Shown here: one piece after another, positions 9,875 to 18,929 of the stretch
How positions within the stretch are numbered: position 1 is the first letter of the stretch
How the letters are laid out: the number at the start of each line of letters is the position of its first letter
Assembly: GCA_964291625.2 (NCBI GenBank)
Contig: OZ220089.1
Span: 1,664,001-1,728,000 of the forward strand
DNA from: Candidatus Latescibacterota bacterium
GTDB lineage: Bacteria; Latescibacterota; UBA2968; UBA8231
Direction of reading: 5' to 3'
Length of the DNA: 64,000 nt
Translations under genes and position numbers: made by a program
The notes under the pieces: generated by a model
Seen by the model: the letters and a program-made list of their open reading frames with translations, nothing else
What the model was told of the DNA's origin: nothing
The model's database searches: none

Positions 9875-10191
9875 CAGTTCCATCTCCTGAAATCGCGCGA
9901 TCCCCGGTGCCTCCCGCGACGTAGCTTTCGTTTCAGATGCTCGCGCCTGGAAGGATAGATCGTCACCAAGCGTCCGTCCCGCAGCACGAATTCTTGGTTC
10001 TTGAGGTGCTCCAGCGATTGAATCTCCCGCTTCCGGGACTCGATCTCTCGGTCCACCTCGCACCCGTGCACCAACCAAGTCGCCTCGTCGATCGGCACTG
10101 CACACGCGAGGGCGAGGGGAATATCCTCCACGCGAATTCCTCGCTGTTGCATGCGAGTCCTGAAATGCAGGGTACACCTGACGTTACTCAT
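9874..10191 (-). CDS. Small basic DUF4258-like protein (putative RelE/BrnT-like toxin fold)
   Basis: CTLHFRTRMQQRGI N-terminal motif and LVTIY near the C-terminus; coupled to both neighbours. Confidence 0.55.
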   Translation of the reverse strand: MSNVRCTLHFRTRMQQRGIRVEDIPLALACAVPIDEATWLVHGCEVDREIESRKREIQSLEHLKNQEFVLRDGRLVTIYPSRREHLKRKLRRGRHRGSRDFRRWN

Positions 10192-11102
10192 TGATCAGCT
10201 CCCATCTGCATCGGTCCGACTCCGAGGGTTTCGTCAAGCCCTTCCTCTTCTTCCTTGTAGTCTTCCGGCATCCGTTCTTCAAGCCACCTCACACGCTCGT
10301 CCCCGGCGTCTTTATCCATCAGCTCTTCCGGAATGTCGCGGATTCTCGCATGGCCGGTCGTAAGGCACTTCCACGCTCTTTGGGACCCATTGACCATTCC
10401 CTTCAGGTCGTCCCAGCAGACGGCGTAGTCAATGTTCATTCGAGAGCTGTCCACTTCGAGCTCACCGACCGCAACGGCATCCAGGTAGTGCAAGTATTCA
10501 GCAAACGGATTGCCTCTGATCGGCCAGAAGGCCTCGGGGAGCCCTTCGTGCCCGCTGAGACGTTGCTCGCCGAAGACATCCGCATTTTCAATGGACTCCT
10601 CTTCGTACGCGATCGTCTCGTCCGGGTGCAACTCGAAGCCATTCTCCCCTAAGTGACCGATCGCTTCACATGCCTCTTTCAGCCTCTTTCGACGCCGGTC
10701 GAGGCTGCCCTCGGCGAGCAGGGCGAAGAAGAGCGGAGCCATACCGATGATTTCGGTGTCACTGACTCCGTATCGCCGTCTGACGAGGTCATAGGCGAGC
10801 CGGGCCTTCGTTGTGATGCGCGCGCCGATCGGGACTCTCCCGAGCTCGGGAGAGCGTGCTTTCTCGGACTCTGGAAGCGGTAGCTCGCCGGTGAGCACCC
10901 CTGGGCTGACATCGAACGCGCTGGCAAGTCTGTTCACGATGTCCTCACGGGTTGTCCTGCATCGTTCTGGTTCGTTCTCCAGACGTTGGATCGTGCGTGC
11001 GGGAATGGGTGGGGGGTTGGGACCGGTGCGTTGGGAGAGATAGGGCCGGGTCCAACCCTTTCCCTCGCGTAGGGTGCGCAGCCGGTCAGCGTCTACTTTC
11101 AT
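10188..11102 (-). CDS. XRE-family HTH transcriptional regulator with a long C-terminal extension
   Basis: RLRTLREGKGWTRPYLS...TIQRLE...RLASAFDVSPGVLTG HTH; GAGGAG RBS upstream of ATG 11102. Confidence 0.8.
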   Translation of the reverse strand: MKVDADRLRTLREGKGWTRPYLSQRTGPNPPPIPARTIQRLENEPERCRTTREDIVNRLASAFDVSPGVLTGELPLPESEKARSPELGRVPIGARITTKARLAYDLVRRRYGVSDTEIIGMAPLFFALLAEGSLDRRRKRLKEACEAIGHLGENGFELHPDETIAYEEESIENADVFGEQRLSGHEGLPEAFWPIRGNPFAEYLHYLDAVAVGELEVDSSRMNIDYAVCWDDLKGMVNGSQRAWKCLTTGHARIRDIPEELMDKDAGDERVRWLEERMPEDYKEEEEGLDETLGVGPMQMGADQ

Positions 11103-11181
11103 GGCAAGCTCCTCTTCAAGCTTGATGGCCGGGGGAGGGTCCTGAGTGCTACTGGACCTACAATAACCTCTATAGTATGTT

Positions 11182-11243
11182 TTGACAACAGATATAAGCC
11201 AGATATATGCCCATTTAAGATGCACTTAAGGGCCTATAAGTGC
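11182..11243. promoter_or_regulatory. AT-rich divergent control region with TTGACA, a CAGATATA direct repeat and a GCACTTA-N8-TAAGTGC inverted repeat
   Basis: TTGACA at 11182-11187; CAGATATA at 11189 and 11200; inverted repeat 11222-11228/11237-11243; lies upstream of the XRE gene. Confidence 0.4.
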
Positions 11244-11368
11244 CCTCGAATATCCCTTTGTCATTATTCCAGGAGCGCCTCCCGCTACCGCTCAGGGGCT
11301 CTGAAAGAGACATTCACGGACATTTCGGATGCCGCGCCTGCCTGGCTACCTTCTGATCCCGCCCCCCC

Positions 11369-13348
11369 ATGAACCGCACCATCCCCCCCGACTACCGCAG
11401 CGCCCTCCAGGAGCGTGAGCCCACCCGCGCCCCGGCCGGCCCGGAGTCGGCCGTATCCCTGCGGGGGATCGCCGTGGGGTGCCTGCTGTGCGCGGTCATC
11501 GGCGTCGGCGCGCCGTACACGACCATGCTCCTGCGAGGGACCCCCATGGGGTTCTCGTCGTGCACGCCGGCGGCCTTCTTCCTGCTCTTCGTGATCATGC
11601 TCGTCCACGTGCTGCTCCGGTGCTGCCGCCGCACCTGGGGACTCACGCAGGGGGAGCTGATCACGGCCACGGTGATGATGATGGTGGCCGCGGCGATCCC
11701 CACGCGGGGCGTGACGGGGATGCTCCTGCCTTTGGTCACGGGGATCTACTACTACGCTTCCCCGGAGAACGAGTGGGCGGAGCGGCTCCACCCGCACCTG
11801 GCGGAGTGGACGCTGATGGGCGATCCGGAGGCGGTGCGCGGGCTCTACGAGGGCGGCATGCCGGTTCCCTGGGCCGCCTGGATGCCGGTACTGCTGGTCT
11901 GGCTGGGCTTCTACGCCGCCTTCTACCTGACCCTGGTCTGCGTCCTGGCCATCCTGCGGCGCCAGTGGGTGGACCACGAGCGCCTGCCCTTCCCCATGGC
12001 CCAGGTGCCCCTGGAGCTGTTCCGGCAGCAGCGGGGGGCCGTCCTGCCGGACATCTTCCGGCGGGCGGCCCTGTGGGTGGGGTTCGCCGTGCCCATGGCC
12101 GTGGGCGGCCTGCAGGGCCTGCAGCACTACCTGCCCGAGGTGCCGTCAGCCGTCCTGGCCACCAGCATCGACCTGGTGCCGGGGGTCTCCGTGCGCCTGG
12201 GCCTCAACTTCCTGATGCTCGGCTTCGCCTACTTCATCAACACCAGCATCTCCTTCAGCCTCTGGTTCTTCTACCTGGTGATCGCCGTCGAGAGGCGGCT
12301 GCTGCACCTGATGGGCGTCGACACCAGCCACGCCGGACTGGGCTACTGGACGGAGCCGGTCCTCGGGCACCAGGGGATGGGGGCCCTGATCGTGCTCGTC
12401 GGCGCCGGGCTCTGGTACGCCCGCGGACACCTGCGGGCGGTGTGGCGCAAGGCGGCCCGGGGGGATGTCTCGATCGACGACGGCGGCGAGATCCTCCCCT
12501 TCCGGTGGGCCGTCATCGGCGGCGCCGCCGGCCTCGGGGGCATGACCGTGTGGCTGTGGCGGGCGGGGATGCCGGGATGGGCGGCGCCGGTCCTCGTGCT
12601 GGCCGCCCTCGTGATCTTCACCGGGCTCACCCGGGCCGTGGCCGAGGGGGGCATCCCGACGATCTCGCCGGCCATGGTGCCGGCCGGCTTCGTGGTCACC
12701 ACCGTTGGCGCGCCGGCCCTCGGCCCCGCCGGCCTGCTGGCGGCCGGTCACAGCCTGATCTGGAGCGGGGAGCTGCTGGTCTTCATGATGGCGCCCCTGG
12801 CCAACGGTCTGCGCCTCGGCAGCGAGACCTCCGGCAACCGGCGCCGGCTGCTGGCCGCCATCGCCCTGGCCATGCTGGTCACCCTGACCGTGTCGGTCTG
12901 GTTCACCCTGGGGCTGGCCTACCACCACGGGGGGGTCAACCTGAGCGGCGAGTACTTCGGGGGCTTCGCGCGCTACCCGGCGGCGCAGGCCCTGTACCAG
13001 CTCCGCAACCCCGCCGGCCCGAGTCTGCCCGGCTTCCTGTGGACGCTCGGCGGCGGCGCGGTGATGGCGGGGTTGATGGTGGCCCGCCACCGCTTCGCCG
13101 GCTGGCCCCTGCACCCCCTCGGGTTCGCCGTGGCCCCGGGCTGGACCATGAGCGTCCTGTGGTCCTCCATCTGCCTCGCCTGGCTGATCAAGCGGACGGT
13201 GCTGCGCTTCGGCGGGGCCGCGACCTACGACCGCACCAAACCGTTCTTCGCGGGGCTGATCCTGGGACAGCTGGTGATCGCCGGCCTGTGGCTGATCGTG
13301 GACGGCTTCACCGGCACGGTGGGCAACATCATCCCCGTGCTCTACTGA
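11369..13348 (+). CDS. DUF6785/DUF6784-like polytopic membrane protein (putative transporter), copy 1
   Basis: Many hydrophobic segments; ILRRQWVDHERLPFPMAQVP and WPLHPLGF...KPFFAGLILG motifs. Confidence 0.75.
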   Translation: MNRTIPPDYRSALQEREPTRAPAGPESAVSLRGIAVGCLLCAVIGVGAPYTTMLLRGTPMGFSSCTPAAFFLLFVIMLVHVLLRCCRRTWGLTQGELITATVMMMVAAAIPTRGVTGMLLPLVTGIYYYASPENEWAERLHPHLAEWTLMGDPEAVRGLYEGGMPVPWAAWMPVLLVWLGFYAAFYLTLVCVLAILRRQWVDHERLPFPMAQVPLELFRQQRGAVLPDIFRRAALWVGFAVPMAVGGLQGLQHYLPEVPSAVLATSIDLVPGVSVRLGLNFLMLGFAYFINTSISFSLWFFYLVIAVERRLLHLMGVDTSHAGLGYWTEPVLGHQGMGALIVLVGAGLWYARGHLRAVWRKAARGDVSIDDGGEILPFRWAVIGGAAGLGGMTVWLWRAGMPGWAAPVLVLAALVIFTGLTRAVAEGGIPTISPAMVPAGFVVTTVGAPALGPAGLLAAGHSLIWSGELLVFMMAPLANGLRLGSETSGNRRRLLAAIALAMLVTLTVSVWFTLGLAYHHGGVNLSGEYFGGFARYPAAQALYQLRNPAGPSLPGFLWTLGGGAVMAGLMVARHRFAGWPLHPLGFAVAPGWTMSVLWSSICLAWLIKRTVLRFGGAATYDRTKPFFAGLILGQLVIAGLWLIVDGFTGTVGNIIPVLY

Positions 13349-13405
13349 ATCAGGCGCGGATCACGGCGAGGACCTCGTCGCGCTTCTCCTCATGCGCCGC
13401 GGGGT
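13349..13405 (-). repeat. Duplicated fragment of the 3' end of the phosphomannomutase gene
   Basis: 13349-13391 matches 15425-15467 at 42 of 43 nt, then continues with decaying similarity. Confidence 0.9.
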
Positions 13406-13430
13406 CGATAGCCCTTCCTTACCCACCCCC

Positions 13431-15407
13431 ATGGACCGCATCCCCCCCGACTCCCACTCCACCCTCCAGGGGCGAGATCTCGCCCGCGCCCCCGCCGGGC
13501 CCGACTCCACCGTCTCCCTGCGGGGGATCGCGGTGGGCTGCCTCCTGTGCGCGGTCATCGGCGTCGGGGCCCCGTACACGACCATGCTCCTGCGGGGGAC
13601 GCCCATGGGGTTCTCCTCTAGCACGCCGGCGGCCTTCTTCCTGCTCTTCGCGGTCATGCTCGTCCACGTGCTGCTCCGATGCTGCCGGCGCACCTGGGGG
13701 TTCACCCGGGGGGAGCTGATCACGGCCACGGTGATGATGATGGTGGCCGCGGCGATCCCCACGCGCGGGGTGACGGGCATGCTCCTGCCCATGATCTCGG
13801 GGATCTACTACTACGCCTCCCCCGAGAACCGCTGGGCCGAGCAGCTCCATCCGTACCTGGCGGAATGGACGCTCATGGGCGATCCGGAGGCGGTGCAGGG
13901 GCTCTACGAGGGCGGCATGCCGGTGCCCTGGGCGAGCTGGATTCCGCCGCTGCTGGGGTGGCTGGTCTTCTACGCCGCCTTCTACCTGACCCTCGTCTGC
14001 GTCATGGCCATCCTGCGGCGCCAGTGGGTGGACCACGAGCGCCTGCCCTTCCCCATGGCCCAGGTGCCGCTGGCGCTGTTCCGGCAGGAACGCGGCGCCA
14101 TCCTGCCGGATGTCTTCCGGCGGCTGAGCCTGTGGGTCGGTTTCGCCGTGCCCGCGGCGGTGGGCGGCCTGCAGGGGCTGCAGCACTACCTGCCCGAGGT
14201 GCCGGTGCCCCAGCTGGCGACCAGCGTCGACCTGCTCCCGGGGGTGCCGGTGCGGATCGGGGTGAACTTCCTGATGCTGGGCTTCGCCTGGTTCATCAAC
14301 ACCAGCATCGCCTTCAGTCTCTGGTTCTTCTACCTGCTCACCGCGGTGCAGAGGAAACTGCTGCACATGGCGGGCGTCGACACGACCCACCTCGGCCAGG
14401 GCTACTGGACGGAGCCCGTCCTCGGGCAGCAGTCGATGGGGGCCCTGATCGTGTTCATCGCCGCCGGACTCTGGTACGCCCGCGGGCACCTGCGGGCGGT
14501 GTGGCGCAAGGCGGTCCGGGGGGACGCCTCGATCGACGACGGCGGCGAGATCCTCCCCTTCCGCTGGGCCGTCCTCGGCGGCGGCGCCGGCCTGGGGGGC
14601 ATGACCGTGTGGCTGTGGCGGGCGGGCATGCCGGGGTGGGCGGCGCCGATCCTCGTGGTGGCGGCCCTCGTGATCTTCACCGGGCTCACCCGGGCCGTGG
14701 CCGAAGGGGGCATCCCCACGATCTCACCGGGCATGGTGGCGCCCGGCTTCGTGGTCGCCGCCGTGGGCGGGCCGGCCCTGGGTCCCGCCGGCCTGCTGGC
14801 GACCGGCCACAGCCTCGTGTGGTGCGGGGAGCTGCTGGTCTTCATGATGGCGCCCCTGGCCAACGGTCTGCGCCTGGGCAGCGAGACCTCCGGCAACCGG
14901 CGCCGGCTGCTGGCCGCCATCGCCCTGGCCATGCTGGTCACCCTGGCCGTGTCGGTCTGGTTCACCCTTCGCATGGCCTACCACCACGGCGGCCTGAACC
15001 TGCACGGCCAGTTCTTCGGCTCCTTCCCCCGCTACCCCGGGGAGCAGGCCATGTACCAGCTCGACAACCCCACGGGGCCGAGCGTCACCGGCCTCCTGTG
15101 GATGCTCGGCGGCGGGGTGGTGATGACCGGCCTCATGGTGGCCCGCCATCACTTCGCCGCCTGGCCCCTGCACCCCCTCGGGTTCGCCGTCGCCCCGGGG
15201 TGGACCATGGGGGTCCTGTGGTCCTCCATCTGCCTCGCCTGGGTGATCAAGCGCGCCGTGCTCCGGTACTGCGGAGCCCGGACCTACGAACGCACCAAGC
15301 CGTTCTTCGTGGGGCTGATCCTGGGGCAACTGGTGATCGCCGGCCTGTGGCTGATCGTCGACTGCTTCACCGGCACGGTGGGCAACGTCATCCCCGTGTT
15401 CTACTGA
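13431..15407 (+). CDS. DUF6785/DUF6784-like polytopic membrane protein, copy 2 (tandem paralogue)
   Basis: Colinear and highly similar to 11369..13348; the MDRIPPD start aligns with MNRTIPPD. Confidence 0.75.
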   Translation: MDRIPPDSHSTLQGRDLARAPAGPDSTVSLRGIAVGCLLCAVIGVGAPYTTMLLRGTPMGFSSSTPAAFFLLFAVMLVHVLLRCCRRTWGFTRGELITATVMMMVAAAIPTRGVTGMLLPMISGIYYYASPENRWAEQLHPYLAEWTLMGDPEAVQGLYEGGMPVPWASWIPPLLGWLVFYAAFYLTLVCVMAILRRQWVDHERLPFPMAQVPLALFRQERGAILPDVFRRLSLWVGFAVPAAVGGLQGLQHYLPEVPVPQLATSVDLLPGVPVRIGVNFLMLGFAWFINTSIAFSLWFFYLLTAVQRKLLHMAGVDTTHLGQGYWTEPVLGQQSMGALIVFIAAGLWYARGHLRAVWRKAVRGDASIDDGGEILPFRWAVLGGGAGLGGMTVWLWRAGMPGWAAPILVVAALVIFTGLTRAVAEGGIPTISPGMVAPGFVVAAVGGPALGPAGLLATGHSLVWCGELLVFMMAPLANGLRLGSETSGNRRRLLAAIALAMLVTLAVSVWFTLRMAYHHGGLNLHGQFFGSFPRYPGEQAMYQLDNPTGPSVTGLLWMLGGGVVMTGLMVARHHFAAWPLHPLGFAVAPGWTMGVLWSSICLAWVIKRAVLRYCGARTYERTKPFFVGLILGQLVIAGLWLIVDCFTGTVGNVIPVFY

Positions 15408-15425
15408 CCGGGGCGGGTTTCCGGA

Positions 15426-16766
15426 TCAGGCGCGGATCACGGCGAGCACCTCGTCGCGCTTCTCCTCCATCCGCCGCGGGCTCAGGGCCTCGAGGTTGAG
15501 GCGCAGCAGGGGCTCGGTGTTGGAGGCGCGCACGTTGAAGTGCCAGTCGTCGAAGCTCACGGAGACGCCGTCGAGGCGCTCGATGCGGCCGTCGGCGTAG
15601 CGCCGGGCCAGCTCCTCCAACATGGCGGCGGGATCGTCCACCCGGGAGTTGATCTCCCCCGAGAGGAAGTAGCGGGACTCCAGGGGCGAGAGCAGCCGCG
15701 ACAGGGGCTGGCCGCTCTCCGACATCATCTGCATCAACACCAGGGCCGGGACGAGGCCGGAGTCGGCGCCGAAGAAGTCGCGGAAGTAGTAGTGGCCGGA
15801 CAGCTCGCCGGCGAAGACGCCGCCCTCGCGCAGCAGCCGCGGCTTGAGGAAGGAGTGGCCCACCCGCTCCTGGCGGGCCTCGCCCCCGGCGGCCCGGATC
15901 TCGTCGCGCACCGCCCACGAGCAGCGCACATCGTGGACGATGGTGCCGCCGCCCTCGCGGCGCAGCAGCCAGGCGCCCATCAACGCCGTCAGGAAGTCGC
16001 CGGGGACGAAGCGGCCGCGGTCGTCGATGGCGAAGAAGCGGTCGCCGTCGCCGTCGAAGGCGAAGCCCGCGTCGGCCCCCTCGGCCACCACCCGGCGCTG
16101 CAGCTCGGCACGGTTCTCCTCCTGCATGGGGTCGAGACCGTGGTTGGGCAGGGAGCCGTCGGGTTCGAGGTACATCCCCGTCAGCTCCACGGGCAGGCGC
16201 TCGAAGACGCGCTCGAGGACGGGGCCGACCATGCCGTTGCCGGTGTCGGCGACGATCTTCAACGGCCGCAAGCGGTCCACCTCCACCAGGGACAGGACCT
16301 TGTCGACGAAGCCCTCGCCCAGGTCGAGGCTCTGGACGCGGCCGGAGCCCGGAGCCGGGCGCCAGTTCTCGGTTTCGATGAGCCGCCGCAGATCCTGGAT
16401 GCCCTCGTCCCCCGACAGCAGGAAGGGCATCTCGCGCACCATCTTGAAGCCGCAGTACTCGGGCGGGTTGTGGGAGGCGGTGACCATGATCCCCGGCCGG
16501 CGGCGGGTGGCGCAGGCAAAGTAGTACTGATCGGTGCTGACCATGCCGAGGTCGAGGACGTCGGCCCCCTGGCGCGTGAGCCCCTCCACGAGGGCGGCGC
16601 ACACGGCGGGACTCGACAGGCGCATGTCGCGGCCGACGACGACCTGCGGCGGCCGCAGCAGGGTGGCGAAGGCGCGGCCCACGGCCAGCGCCGTGGACTC
16701 GTCGAGCTGGGAGGGGTAGAGGCCGCGGATGTCGTAGGCCTTGAAGATGGAGGGATCGACGCGCAT
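15426..16766 (-). CDS. manB: Phosphomannomutase/phosphoglucomutase
   Basis: FKAYDIRG, TASHNP (phosphoserine), FDGDGDR, GELSGH, RASNTEP. Confidence 0.9.
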   Translation of the reverse strand: MRVDPSIFKAYDIRGLYPSQLDESTALAVGRAFATLLRPPQVVVGRDMRLSSPAVCAALVEGLTRQGADVLDLGMVSTDQYYFACATRRRPGIMVTASHNPPEYCGFKMVREMPFLLSGDEGIQDLRRLIETENWRPAPGSGRVQSLDLGEGFVDKVLSLVEVDRLRPLKIVADTGNGMVGPVLERVFERLPVELTGMYLEPDGSLPNHGLDPMQEENRAELQRRVVAEGADAGFAFDGDGDRFFAIDDRGRFVPGDFLTALMGAWLLRREGGGTIVHDVRCSWAVRDEIRAAGGEARQERVGHSFLKPRLLREGGVFAGELSGHYYFRDFFGADSGLVPALVLMQMMSESGQPLSRLLSPLESRYFLSGEINSRVDDPAAMLEELARRYADGRIERLDGVSVSFDDWHFNVRASNTEPLLRLNLEALSPRRMEEKRDEVLAVIRA

Positions 16767-16797
16767 GCCGTTAGTTTACCGCCAGGAGGAAGTGAGA

Positions 16798-17292
16798 GTG
16801 AAGAGACTCCTCGTCATGCGTCACGCCAAGTCCGACTGGTCGAGCCCGGACCAGGAGGACTTCGACCGCCCCCTGAACAAGCGCGGCCGCAAGGACGTGC
16901 CCCGTGTGGCCGGGTTCCTGGAAGCCTGCGACCGGCCGCCCGACCTGGTCCTGGCCTCGGCGGCGGTGCGCGCCCAGGAGACGGCGGCGCGCCTCGTGGA
17001 GGAGCTGGAGGAGGGCCCCCAGCTGGTCCTCGACGGCCGCCTGTACATGGCCGGCCCGGAGGTCCTCTCCGAGGTGCTGGCCAGCACCGCCGGCAAGGCC
17101 GGCACCGCCATGGTCATCGCCCACAACCCCGGCATGGAGCAGTGGATCGCCCGACTCACCGGCGCCCGCGTGCGCCTGCCCACGGCGGCCGTGGCCGGCG
17201 TCGACCTGGAGGTCCCCCGCTGGGAGGGTCCGTTGGAGGGAGAGTTGCAGTGGCTGGTCACGCCCCGGCTGCTGCGGAGCCTCGGCTGGTGA
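16798..17292 (+). CDS. sixA: SixA-like histidine phosphatase
   Basis: KRLLVMRHAKSDW...DFDRPLNKRG, HNPG; GTG start after an AGGAGG RBS. Confidence 0.8.
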   Translation: MKRLLVMRHAKSDWSSPDQEDFDRPLNKRGRKDVPRVAGFLEACDRPPDLVLASAAVRAQETAARLVEELEEGPQLVLDGRLYMAGPEVLSEVLASTAGKAGTAMVIAHNPGMEQWIARLTGARVRLPTAAVAGVDLEVPRWEGPLEGELQWLVTPRLLRSLGW

Positions 17293-17313
17293 GCCTGCGC
17301 CCGGAGACCCGGA

Positions 17314-18279
17314 CTACCTCTTGAAGTCCTCGATGATCCGGCGCAGCGCCTCGTCGAGATCGACCTTGGGGTCGTAGCCGATCAGGCCGCGGATCTTGCG
17401 CAGGTCGGGGGCGCGGTACTCCAGGTCCTCGTAGAGGCCGCTGCGGCGCGTCTGGCCGTATGGGATGTAGGCGATCTCGGAGCTGGAGCCGGTGAGCTCC
17501 TTGATCTTGTGCGCCAGGTCGCGGATGCTGCTCTCGTAGTTCGACCCGAGGTTGAGGACCTCGCCCACCACCCGGTCGCTGGCGGCCATCGCCACGAGGC
17601 CGTCGACGGCGTCGTCGATGTAGGTGAAGCAGCGGCGCTGCTCGCCGTTGTCGTAGACCGTGATCGGGTCCCCGAGCAAGGCCTGCTTGATGAAGCGCGG
17701 CACCACCATGCCGTAGCGTCCGGTCTGGCGCGGGCCGATGACGTTGAAGGGCCGCACGATCACCGTGGGCAGCCGCTTCTCGCGCCAGTAGGCCAGGGCC
17801 AGCAGCTCGTCCACCGCCTTGGTGGTGGAGTAGCTCCAGCGCAGCACCGTCGTCGGCCCGAGAATGCGGTCGCTGTCCTCCTTGAAAGGCACGTGGCCGT
17901 TCTTCTTGCCGTAGATCTCGGAGGTCGAGGCCAGGACGACCCGCTTCTTGCCCTCGTTGGCCAGCTCCAGGAGGATCTCGGTGCCGCGGATGTTGGTGCT
18001 CAGCGTCTGCAGCGGGTTCTCCAGCACGTACTCCACCCCCACCGCCGCCGCCAGGTGGTAGATCAGCTCGCACTCCTCCACGAGGACGCGCATGACCGCG
18101 GCGTTGAGGATGTCGTCGATGTGACAGGTGCAGAGCGGGTGCTCCTGCAGGTGCTGGATGTTCTCGATGAGGCTGGTGGAGAGGTTGTCGATGATCGCCA
18201 CCTCGTCGCCCATCTCCAGGTGGCGCTCGGCCAGGTGGGAGCCGATGAAGCCCGCGCCGCCGGTGATCAGGACCTTCAT
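17314..18279 (-). CDS. NAD-dependent nucleotide-sugar epimerase/dehydratase
   Basis: ITGGAGFIGSHL, HLAAAVGV, STSEIYG, YSTTK (YxxxK), FNVIGPRQ. Confidence 0.9.
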   Translation of the reverse strand: MKVLITGGAGFIGSHLAERHLEMGDEVAIIDNLSTSLIENIQHLQEHPLCTCHIDDILNAAVMRVLVEECELIYHLAAAVGVEYVLENPLQTLSTNIRGTEILLELANEGKKRVVLASTSEIYGKKNGHVPFKEDSDRILGPTTVLRWSYSTTKAVDELLALAYWREKRLPTVIVRPFNVIGPRQTGRYGMVVPRFIKQALLGDPITVYDNGEQRRCFTYIDDAVDGLVAMAASDRVVGEVLNLGSNYESSIRDLAHKIKELTGSSSEIAYIPYGQTRRSGLYEDLEYRAPDLRKIRGLIGYDPKVDLDEALRRIIEDFKR

Positions 18280-18929
18280 GGCCGTCCTTCCACCAGGTAG
18301 TCCCGGCTCAGCGTCGTGACCCGCACGTGACGCCAGCCCGCCGCCCGCAGGCCGTCCTCGACCTGGCGCCGGTCGTAGAAGAACACGGGGCACCCCCTCG
18401 CCTTGAGCCGCAGCCAGCGGGTGGGCGTGCGCAGGCGCCAGCGGATGGGGAAGCTGAAGACGCCGCGGCCCGTGGTCAGCTGGCGCATGCGCTCCAGGAC
18501 CGGCGCCGGATCGGGCACGTAGTCGAAGAACCCGATCCCGAGGCAGATGTCGAAGTCGTGGGGCGCCTGCCACTGCCGGAACTCCCCCGCCTCGAACCGG
18601 CAGCGCCCGTCGACGCGGGCCTCGGCGGCCGCCGCCCGCGCCATCGCGAGCATGGCCGGCGCCATGTCGAGGCCGGTGACGCGGGCGCCGCGGCGGGCGA
18701 ACTCCACCGAGTAGCGGCCGGAGCCGCAGCCCACGTCGAGGACCCGCTGGCCGGCGACGTCTCCGCAGCGGGCGAAGGTCAGGGCGAAACGCTGGTGAAC
18801 GACGCCGCGGAACAGGGCGTCTAGGCAGCGCCGGGCGAGGCCCTTCTCGGTGTCGTAGATGGCGTCGAAGCGCGCCGCCTCGCCGTCGAAGTGGCGGCGG
18901 ACGGCCTCGACCGTGGCGGCTGCGCTCAC
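18276..18929 (-). CDS. Class I SAM-dependent methyltransferase
   Basis: VLDVGCGSG motif I and VTGLD; GTG start overlaps the upstream TGA. Confidence 0.85.
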   Translation of the reverse strand: MSAAATVEAVRRHFDGEAARFDAIYDTEKGLARRCLDALFRGVVHQRFALTFARCGDVAGQRVLDVGCGSGRYSVEFARRGARVTGLDMAPAMLAMARAAAAEARVDGRCRFEAGEFRQWQAPHDFDICLGIGFFDYVPDPAPVLERMRQLTTGRGVFSFPIRWRLRTPTRWLRLKARGCPVFFYDRRQVEDGLRAAGWRHVRVTTLSRDYLVEGRP

